Of a DNA stretch of 64,000 nt, positions 1 to 7,311 are shown one piece after another (position 1 is the stretch's first letter; every line of letters starts with the position of its first letter). This DNA comes from an uncultured Rhodobacteraceae bacterium (GTDB taxonomy: Bacteria > Pseudomonadota > Alphaproteobacteria > Rhodobacterales > Rhodobacteraceae), in NCBI GenBank assembly GCA_947497985.1, contig CANMIX010000013.1:23641-87640 (forward strand). Reading direction: 5' to 3'. A model generated the notes under the pieces. That model was not told the DNA's origin, searched no databases, and saw only the letters and a program-made list of their open reading frames with translations. The position numbers and the translations under genes were made by a program.

Positions 1-274
1 TGAGCGGCTGCATGGTGAGAGCCCAGATATCTCTAAAACGTCCACCGTCCGTGTTATTCACTGACGGAGCAATGCGCCGGTAGCTGCCATTGGCGACAAC
101 GCGGCGAAAGCTCGCTGCGTCCGCATACCTGGCACTAGACTGACGCTCGCTCAACGGCAGCGATGCTGAGAAATTGCTTAAGAAGTCTGTGTCTTGGTTT
201 CTTGATTGACCTCTCAAGAGAAGGTAGTCGCCTCGATCTTTCGTCAATGCGCTCGCATTGAGAATGTTAGCCAC
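1..274 (-). CDS. hypothetical protein, N-terminal part only (gene runs off the left edge)
   Basis: Stop-free minus-strand frame from a GTG at 274 down to position 1 (MANILNASALTKDRGDYLLLRGQ...). Absent from the ORF track because no stop lies in the window. No recognisable motif. AT-richer than the ICE backbone. Confidence 0.25.
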   Translation of the reverse strand, partial: MANILNASALTKDRGDYLLLRGQSRNQDTDFLSNFSASLPLSERQSSARYADAASFRRVVANGSYRRIAPSVNNTDGGRFRDIWALTMQPL

Positions 275-344
275 AGGGGTGGCTCAGCTCTCTTGTTTCA
301 AATATCCGTGTTTGAAATTCACGTTTAGTTTCGAGAATGTGTCT

Positions 345-407
345 AAGTTATTGATTTAATTGGAGGCGAGTACCGGAATCGAACCGGTGTACACGGATTT
401 GCAATCC
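345..407. repeat. attL: duplicated 3-prime 47 nt of tRNA-Cys plus 16 nt of imperfect flank
   Basis: 361-407 is identical to 47849-47895. 345-360 (aagttattgatttaat) matches 47833-47848 (aagtcattgattttat) at 14 of 16 positions. Confidence 0.9.
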
Positions 408-504
408 AGAAAGAGAGGGTTCAAAAACAACGACTTAGGGGTGCAAAATGCCCCCTGACAGAAAGTGAACAAAAAGCGAAAGTTTCAAAGCCAATTTCGC
501 CGGT

Positions 505-551
505 TCAAAATGAAAAAGGCCCCGTCACAGCGGCAACTGTGAACCGGGGCC
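505..551 (-). terminator. terminator-like hairpin read on the minus strand
   Basis: ggccccgtcacag-cggcaa-ctgtgaaccggggcc (518-551). On the minus strand it is followed by TTTTTCATTTTGA (517-505). Confidence 0.3.
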
Positions 552-657
552 AAATAGAAAAAGCCTGTCAGCTTTCACTGCACATTAGCATGGTCCAGTG
601 CCGTATCGCAAATGCTCAGTCGGCTTTTTCCTGGCCTCTGACCGGTGAGGTGACCCA

Positions 658-1536
658 ATGAGTTGGCGCATCGCAAACGAATGCGCCGAGCGCCGCTTTG
701 GCAGCGCTGCACGCAAGCAGATCATCATGTTCCTGGCCGACAAGGCGAGCGATGACGGCTCAGGCATCTGGTGCTCGAAGGGGACCATCCAGCGTCACAC
801 AGAGCTTAGTGAGAGCACGGTGAAGCGCACCATCATCGACTTTCTGCGTGAAGGCATTCTGATCGAGACCGGGCGGCGACACTGCAAGAACGGCTACACC
901 GTCATTTACCGCATCGTTCTGGAGCGCGTGGCCGCGCTCGAACCCACGGCGGAGCCCGAGATTGAGACGGGGGTCACTGTGAACCCCGTCCAGCCTGAAC
1001 CCAGTACGGGGTCCACGGTGAACGGGGTACGGGGTTCACGGTGGACCCCAAACCATCCTAAAACTATCCATAAACCACCTACGCGCAGGCGCGAGGCGGC
1101 GGAGGAGGTTGAAGATCTTGAAGCTGAGAAGATCTTGGCGGCCTATCCAGAGGACAGGATCCGAGACCGGCGGACCAGTTTGCGCTTGATCTCAGGGGCC
1201 GTGAAGGCCGGGGTAAAGCCCGATGACTTGCAGCAGGCGGTCAAAGCCTATGCCAAGGAAAGCGAGGGCTACACGCGCAGCAAGGTTTGTTTTTCAGACA
1301 ACTGGTTCAAGATGCGCCCCGATGGTTCTTTCAGGTGGGAGAAGGGGCTTGTCCAGATGCAGGCCGACCGCGAGAAGGCGCGAGAGGCCGAAGTCAAAGG
1401 CCGTGCCAGCCTCGCCGAGTGGATCCACGAGCGCCATCCCCTGTGCCGCCACATCACAAACCGGCAGATTGAGGACTTGATAGCGTCAAAGCTAGTGACC
1501 CCTGAGCAGGTTCGCGCTGCGGGACTGCAGGCGTGA
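658..1536 (+). CDS. helix-turn-helix domain protein of the ICE (regulator or replication-type, function unknown)
   Basis: 292-aa ORF with a GAGGTGA RBS before the ATG. N-terminal winged-helix-like segment GTIQRHTELSESTVKRTIIDFLREGILIE. First gene inside attL. Confidence 0.55.
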   Translation: MSWRIANECAERRFGSAARKQIIMFLADKASDDGSGIWCSKGTIQRHTELSESTVKRTIIDFLREGILIETGRRHCKNGYTVIYRIVLERVAALEPTAEPEIETGVTVNPVQPEPSTGSTVNGVRGSRWTPNHPKTIHKPPTRRREAAEEVEDLEAEKILAAYPEDRIRDRRTSLRLISGAVKAGVKPDDLQQAVKAYAKESEGYTRSKVCFSDNWFKMRPDGSFRWEKGLVQMQADREKAREAEVKGRASLAEWIHERHPLCRHITNRQIEDLIASKLVTPEQVRAAGLQA

Positions 1537-1594
1537 GTGCATTGGCGAAGTCTGGGATACAGCTACCAATGCTGTCGAGCTTTATGGTGCTTAG

Positions 1595-1643
1595 ATCATA
1601 TTGCGCACATATGATTTGGGGATCATATTGACAATTTATGATC
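1595..1643. promoter_or_regulatory. two palindromic operator-like sites upstream of hipB
   Basis: ATCATAT-N7-ATATGAT (1595-1615) and GATCATA-N9-TATGATC (1621-1643). The second contains TTGACA (1628-1633). Both lie 30-80 nt upstream of the hipB ATG. Confidence 0.45.
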
Positions 1644-1675
1644 CAGAGGCCATATGGGGTGGCAGGAGAACCGCC

Positions 1676-1927
1676 ATGAAGCAACTCGTTCGTACATCAA
1701 AAAACTTGGGCCACGCAATTCGCCAGGCTCGGAAAGCCAAGAACCTGACACAGACGGAACTCGCCTCGATGAGCGGTGTCTGGCAGGAAACGATCTCCAA
1801 GATCGAAAACGGCAGCGGTGGCACCAAGCTGGAAACGCTATTTGATTTGATCGCGGCACTCGACCTCGAGATTACAGTGACCGAACGCAGTAGAGGCACA
1901 TCAGACGGGTTAGAGGACATTTTCTGA
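1676..1927 (+). CDS. hipB: HipB-type XRE-family antitoxin
   Basis: Internal ATG at 1676 preceded by GGCAGGAGA. HTH core LTQTELASMSGVWQETISKIENG. Stop lies 1 nt before the hipA ATG. Confidence 0.8.
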   Translation: MKQLVRTSKNLGHAIRQARKAKNLTQTELASMSGVWQETISKIENGSGGTKLETLFDLIAALDLEITVTERSRGTSDGLEDIF

Positions 1928-1928
1928 C

Positions 1929-3230
1929 ATGGGTCGCAAACGCAGCTACACACCGCTGAACGTCTTTCTGAACTCGCGGCTCGTGGGTCAATTGGTACGT
2001 GAGCCCTCAGGCGGCGTCAGTTTTGCCTATGCACGAGACTGGCTCGACTGGGAGCACAGGATGCCAGTGTCGCTATCGTTGCCATTGCAGGAAAACCGCT
2101 ACATCGGCGCACCTGTGATGGCTGTCTTTGACAACCTGTTGCCCGATAGTGATGTCATCCGCCGAAGGGTCGCGGAACGTGTCGGGGCCGAAGGCGTCGA
2201 TGCCTTCAGCTTGCTGTCACAAATTGGGCGGGACTGCATCGGTGCGCTTCAGTTTCTGCCCGACGGGCAAGAGCCACAGCCAATGTCCGAGCTGACTGGA
2301 GAACCTGTCGACGAGGCGCAGATCGGGGCCATTTTGAGCGACCTCGATCTAGCACCACTGGGTATCCGCCGAGAGAATGATTTCCGCATTTCTGTCGCTG
2401 GTGCACAGGAAAAAACCGCGCTACTTCGTAAAGATGGCCAGTGGGTTGAGCCAACCGGCACGACGCCAACCACGCACATCATTAAGCCGCAAATTGGTAG
2501 ACTGCCCAACGGTATGGACCTGTCCGATAGTGTTGAAAACGAATACCTGTGCCTCAAACTGATGGAGGCGTTTGGGCTTCGGGCTGCGAATGTCGAAATG
2601 GCTCAGTTTGGCGATAAGAAAGCCTTGGTGGTTGAGCGTTTTGATCGGCGCTGGACGTCTGATGGCCGCTTGATCCGTCTGCCACAGGAGGATTGCTGCC
2701 AAGCACTATCCATTGTGCCCACGCAAAAGTACCAGAACGAGGGCGGTCCAGGGATCTCGGATATCATGGATCTTTTGTTGGGAAGTGATGATCCCAACAA
2801 AGACAGGTACGATTTTTTCAAAGCGAATGTCCTGTTCTGGTTGGCGGGCGCGACAGACGGACATGGTAAGAACTTTAGCGTCAGCCTCTTACCCGGCGGC
2901 CGTTTCCGCATGACACCGCTTTACGACGTGCTGACGGTGCAGCCGACCGTCGACGCCCGGCAGATCGAGCGGAAATACTTCAAGCTCGCTATGAATTTCG
3001 GAAACTCAAACCACTACAAAGTGGCAAATATAGTCGGCCGCCACATCGTGGAGACAGGAGTTAAATCCGGCTTGTCCCGCGCTGTTGTGCAGGGCCTGTT
3101 CGAAGAGCTGCAGGAGACTTCGCACGCGATCGTTGAGGCTACATTCAATCAGCTTCCGGATGGTTTCCCTGAGACGTTGCTTTCTTCGATCGACGGCGCG
3201 CTGAAGGCTAGGTTGCACCTGTTGACCTAA
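1929..3230 (+). CDS. hipA: HipA-family serine/threonine kinase toxin
   Basis: 433 aa. HipA N-terminal motif ISVAGAQEKTALL and catalytic loop DGHGKNFS. Immediately follows an XRE antitoxin gene. Confidence 0.85.
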   Translation: MGRKRSYTPLNVFLNSRLVGQLVREPSGGVSFAYARDWLDWEHRMPVSLSLPLQENRYIGAPVMAVFDNLLPDSDVIRRRVAERVGAEGVDAFSLLSQIGRDCIGALQFLPDGQEPQPMSELTGEPVDEAQIGAILSDLDLAPLGIRRENDFRISVAGAQEKTALLRKDGQWVEPTGTTPTTHIIKPQIGRLPNGMDLSDSVENEYLCLKLMEAFGLRAANVEMAQFGDKKALVVERFDRRWTSDGRLIRLPQEDCCQALSIVPTQKYQNEGGPGISDIMDLLLGSDDPNKDRYDFFKANVLFWLAGATDGHGKNFSVSLLPGGRFRMTPLYDVLTVQPTVDARQIERKYFKLAMNFGNSNHYKVANIVGRHIVETGVKSGLSRAVVQGLFEELQETSHAIVEATFNQLPDGFPETLLSSIDGALKARLHLLT

Positions 3231-3499
3231 AGCTGGTCGCGCTTGCTTGGTGCCAAGATGCGTCATTCTGGTTCAAACGAAACCAGGTCAGATCGCCTTA
3301 GCCAAAAGCAGATCCTCAACGCCGTGTTTCTGATTTCTGAACATAAGCGGGCAGCCGTGACAGACGCGGTGCATGCCCCGCTTCAACAAGAAAATTCCCC
3401 TGCGCCAGCGCATTCCTCGCCAAGCAAGTTTCTAGCTGACAGCCCCTTGGTACCAGCTTTGGTCATGTTCATCGAAACACTCAAAGTGAGGATCAAAAA

Positions 3500-3697
3500 A
3501 TGGCTACTCAAACTCTGAAACTGAACGTCAAATCCGGTGAAAAAGACGGCAAGAACTTCTGGGACCGCTGCGGCGTCCTCTTCGTCAACACCGACGACAG
3601 CGGCAACATCAACTCGATCAACGTCAAACACAGCATGTTCCCCGATGTCGAAATGGTCGCCTTCCCGCGCCGCGATGACGATCCGGTCACCGAGTGA
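3500..3697 (+). CDS. small hypothetical protein (65 aa)
   Basis: ORF with a GAGGA-type RBS (gtgaggatcaaaaaATG). Followed directly by a strong hairpin. Vague resemblance to DUF736-type small ICE proteins (LKLNVK...), not secure. Confidence 0.4.
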   Translation: MATQTLKLNVKSGEKDGKNFWDRCGVLFVNTDDSGNINSINVKHSMFPDVEMVAFPRRDDDPVTE

Positions 3698-3705
3698 CCT
3701 CAGCG

Positions 3706-3728
3706 CCAAGGCGGGTCTCCCGCCTTGG
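3706..3728 (+). terminator. perfect 10-bp stem hairpin after the small ORF
   Basis: CCAAGGCGGG-tct-CCCGCCTTGG, 9 nt after the stop at 3697. The U-tract is weak (tcatacc), so it may be regulatory rather than a terminator. A second hairpin ATTTGCGG-N9-CCGCAAAT lies at 3760-3784. Confidence 0.35.
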
Positions 3729-3832
3729 TCATACCTGCGCCCCCCTGACGCTATGCAGGATTTGCGGATGCGAATCCCGCAAATAGCTGCTAGCAATACA
3801 GAAAAAACAATTTCGAGTAGGGACAACCTGTC

Positions 3833-6556
3833 GTGAATGCCGTTGAAATAGAAGAAGCCATTTCCGCGCTGGCGGAGCAACCGTTTGATGCGGTTGAATT
3901 TCCTTATGCTTTTCTGCTCGCCTTCGGCAACAAAGAAACCACGCTCAAACGTCTTCGCTCGGGCACATCGAACAAATCCGATCTGGACGGGGTTCTGCAA
4001 ACGAACAACATCCACCTGAAGCCCTGCGCGGCGGGCATGGTGTCTGAAACGCTGGCGGCGCTCAAATCCAGCCCCGCGACGACCAAAGCCAAAGCAAAAT
4101 TCATCCTCGCCACCGACGGACAGACGCTTGAGGCCGAGGATCTGAATAACGGCGACACCATCGCCTGTGACTTCAAAGAATTCCCCGATCACTTCGGCTT
4201 CTTCCTGCCGCTCGCAGGCATATCGACCGTCAAGCAAATCCGCGAAAGCTCGTTCGACATCAAGGCGACCGGCCGCCTCAACCGCCTCTATGTCGAGCTG
4301 CTGAAAACCAATCCCGATTGGGGCACAGCTGAGCGCCGCCATGACATGAACCACTTCATGGCGCGGTTGATCTTTCTGTTCTTCGCCGAAGACACCTCGA
4401 TCCTGAATGGTGAGGACCTGTTCACTGCTACCGTCACGCAAATGTCGGACAAAGACAGCTCGAACACCCACGAGGTGATCTCCGAACTGTTCCGCGCCAT
4501 GAACACCAAGATCGAGGACCGTCCCACTGCGAACCTGCCCCGCTGGGCTGAGACCTTCCCTTATGTGAATGGCGGGCTGTTTTCAGGCAGCACCGAGGCC
4601 CCCAAATTCTCCAAGATCGCGCGCAGCTACCTGTTGCACATCGGCTCGCTCGACTGGACCAAGATCAACCCCGATATCTTCGGCTCCATGATCCAGGCCG
4701 TGGCCGATGATGAAGAACGAGGCGCTTTGGGGATGCACTACACCTCAGTGCCCAACATCCTAAAGGTTCTGAACCCGCTCTTCCTCGATGATCTGAACGC
4801 ACAGCTTGAGGCGGCGGGGGACAACAAACGCAAGCTCGACAAACTGCGCTCGCGCATGTCGAAAATCCGCGTCTTTGATCCGGCCTGTGGCTCGGGCAAC
4901 TTCCTTGTCATCGCCTACAAGGAAATGCGCGCGATTGAGGCCAAAATTAACGCCTATTGCGGCGAACCCGATCGGCGCACGGAGATTCCGCTGACCAACT
5001 TTCGTGGGATCGAGCTGCGCGATTTCCCGGCCGAGATTGCCCGCCTTGCGCTGATTATCGCGGAATACCAGTGCGACGTGACATATCGCGGGCACAAGGA
5101 TGCACTGGCCGCCTTCCTGCCGCTGGATGCAGAGAACTGGATCACACAAGGCAACGCCTTGCGCCTTGATTGGCTGACTGTCTGTCCGCCGACTTCGCAA
5201 AAGGTCGACATGCGCGGCGAAGACCTGTTCATGTCCCCGCTAGAAAAGGCCCAGATCGATTTTAAGAACGAGGGCGGCGAGACCTATATTTGTGGTAACC
5301 CACCGTATATAGGTGATAAAAACCAATCGGCTGAACAAAAAAGCGATCTGAAACTCCTGGCCAGTGGCCAGAGAAACTCAAAAGCAATCGACTATGTTGT
5401 TGGTTGGATGTGGAAGGCGTCAGAGTACATAAAGCTGGGTGGGGCATTCGCATTTGTGACAACAAATTCGATTTGCCAAGGCATCCAGGTCCCGCTGATT
5501 TGGCCCAGAATTTTTGAGAACGGCCAAGAGCTGTTTTTTGCGCACAAAAGCTTCTATTGGCGCAACAGTGCCAGCAATAATGCTAATGTAATCTGCGTAA
5601 TTGTTGGTGTTCGGAATTGCATGAGCGGGAAAAAGTCCATTTTTGATGGAAGCATCGAAAAGCAGGCAGACAACATAAATGCTTATCTTGTCGATGGACC
5701 GAATGTTATTGTTCAAAAGCACTCTACCTCGATCTCAGATCTTCCGGCGATCGTTGCTGGGAACATTCCGCGCGACAAAGCGAACTTAATGCTTACGTCA
5801 GACGAGAAAGAGCGTTTGATAGCTGATGACCCCGAAGTGTCACAGATTGTTCGGAAAATATTGGGTTCGAAAGAATTCATCAACGGACTTGAACGGTTCT
5901 GTCTCTGGATACCTGACCAACTGGCAGACATTGCCTACGAAAACACGGTTATTCGCGAGCGCTTAGATCGGATTGTTGAATACAGGGAAAATGGAAGTGA
6001 GCGAGGAAAGCTTGGAGTTGCGACTCCGCACCGTTTTGAGAGAACAATTGTTGGCGAAAAAGATGCCATCATAATACCCCGGGTCTCCTCTGAACGACGT
6101 GAGTATCTTCCTGCTGGCCTTCTCGATAGTTCGACAATAATCTCCGATGCGGCGCAGGCGATTTACGATGCTCCGCTGTACACTTTTGCTGTTATTAGCT
6201 CTCGGATGCACATCGCATGGACTGGTTTGACAGCCGGTAGGATGAAGTCAGACTTCAGATATTCGGCGGGAGTTTGCTATAACAGCTTCCCAGTCCCTAA
6301 ACTGACCGAGAAAAACAAAGCGGACCTCACCCGCTGCGCCGAGGACATCCTGCTGGCCCGCGAGGCGCATTTCCCTGCCACCATCGCCGATCTCTACAAA
6401 CCCGACGCCATGCCCGAAAACCTCCGCGCCGCCCACGATCGCAACGACGAGGTGCTGGAACGTATTTACATAGGCCGCCGCTTCCGCAACGACACCGAAC
6501 GGCTGGAAAAGCTGTTTGAGCTCTACACCAAGATGACGACGAAGGCGGCGGTGTGA
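3833..6556 (+). CDS. MmeI/YeeA-like gamma-class N6-adenine DNA methyltransferase (907 aa)
   Basis: SAM motif VFDPACGSGNFLV. Catalytic NPPY (ICGNPPYIG, codons at 5297-5308). Size and order (N-terminal domain, MTase, long C-terminal TRD-like part) match MmeI-family layout. Confidence 0.8.
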   Translation: MNAVEIEEAISALAEQPFDAVEFPYAFLLAFGNKETTLKRLRSGTSNKSDLDGVLQTNNIHLKPCAAGMVSETLAALKSSPATTKAKAKFILATDGQTLEAEDLNNGDTIACDFKEFPDHFGFFLPLAGISTVKQIRESSFDIKATGRLNRLYVELLKTNPDWGTAERRHDMNHFMARLIFLFFAEDTSILNGEDLFTATVTQMSDKDSSNTHEVISELFRAMNTKIEDRPTANLPRWAETFPYVNGGLFSGSTEAPKFSKIARSYLLHIGSLDWTKINPDIFGSMIQAVADDEERGALGMHYTSVPNILKVLNPLFLDDLNAQLEAAGDNKRKLDKLRSRMSKIRVFDPACGSGNFLVIAYKEMRAIEAKINAYCGEPDRRTEIPLTNFRGIELRDFPAEIARLALIIAEYQCDVTYRGHKDALAAFLPLDAENWITQGNALRLDWLTVCPPTSQKVDMRGEDLFMSPLEKAQIDFKNEGGETYICGNPPYIGDKNQSAEQKSDLKLLASGQRNSKAIDYVVGWMWKASEYIKLGGAFAFVTTNSICQGIQVPLIWPRIFENGQELFFAHKSFYWRNSASNNANVICVIVGVRNCMSGKKSIFDGSIEKQADNINAYLVDGPNVIVQKHSTSISDLPAIVAGNIPRDKANLMLTSDEKERLIADDPEVSQIVRKILGSKEFINGLERFCLWIPDQLADIAYENTVIRERLDRIVEYRENGSERGKLGVATPHRFERTIVGEKDAIIIPRVSSERREYLPAGLLDSSTIISDAAQAIYDAPLYTFAVISSRMHIAWTGLTAGRMKSDFRYSAGVCYNSFPVPKLTEKNKADLTRCAEDILLAREAHFPATIADLYKPDAMPENLRAAHDRNDEVLERIYIGRRFRNDTERLEKLFELYTKMTTKAAV

Positions 6557-7311
6557 GCTTTGTGTTGAAACATATCTCTGTAGCAAAGGCATTGGCTTTG
6601 TTGGCCTTTGCGTGCGTCGCCCCATTTGTGAGTTTGGAAAACCCCTTCACGCATTGGGCTTGGCTCATCTTCGGCTGTCTAGCGATAACCATCGCAGCAT
6701 TGGAAGTTACTCACAATCGATCGCAAAACCTAGCGCCGGAAGAACAGGTGCGACAGTATTTGCTCGATTTCGATGGTTGGAAAAAAACTGAAAATGTAGA
6801 GCACTACGTGGCAGATCCCCAGTTCAGTATTCGCGAAGTCGAGAGCGATGTCTCATTGTCGTTCCAGCAGGAGTGGACGCGTGGTGAAATAGGCCGTCAC
6901 TATGATCACGGGAACGCTGCATTTTGTCTTGGTGTTTTTCACGGCTCAACGCTACTTCAAAAAATCCATTTAGTGTTATTCGATGGTGGCAAAAAGATCG
7001 CCGTCTCGCCGGACTGGAGCGCCATCGGAAAGGGCCGGATCTACTACTATGTCGCTGACAGTATCGAATATGCCTATCAAAGATTTCTCACTCGAGAGCG
7101 TATGACTGATCACTCTAAGGGCATAAACAACCCGGTTGGGTCAGGTTCAATCGACATCCCAGTTTTTGAGAATAAGTCTGAGCTTGAAAAATTTATGTCT
7201 CAGTACAGCATCGAACCAGTCGACTCGACCTCTGATGAGGAAGAGCAGAACAGGCTGTTCTTAGAGAATTTAGAGAAATATCGTTGTTTTAAAGAAGGTT
7301 GGGCCGTCTAG
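6553..7311 (+). CDS. membrane protein, two N-terminal TM helices plus soluble domain, unknown function
   Basis: GTG start overlaps the MTase stop (GTGA, 6553-6556). TM segments ALALLAFACVAPFV and WAWLIFGCLAITIAAL. Clearly AT-richer than its neighbours. Confidence 0.55.
   Translation: MSFVLKHISVAKALALLAFACVAPFVSLENPFTHWAWLIFGCLAITIAALEVTHNRSQNLAPEEQVRQYLLDFDGWKKTENVEHYVADPQFSIREVESDVSLSFQQEWTRGEIGRHYDHGNAAFCLGVFHGSTLLQKIHLVLFDGGKKIAVSPDWSAIGKGRIYYYVADSIEYAYQRFLTRERMTDHSKGINNPVGSGSIDIPVFENKSELEKFMSQYSIEPVDSTSDEEEQNRLFLENLEKYRCFKEGWAV

Noticed and set aside
585-788. 67-aa minus-strand ORF that the hairpin at 505-551 could terminate
   Set aside because: It overlaps the start of the better-supported HTH gene on the opposite strand, with no RBS or motif. 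The hairpin is kept as a low-confidence feature only.
3383-4471. 362-aa minus-strand ORF
   Set aside because: Antisense to the well-supported methyltransferase gene. No motifs. Typical shadow ORF of GC-rich DNA.
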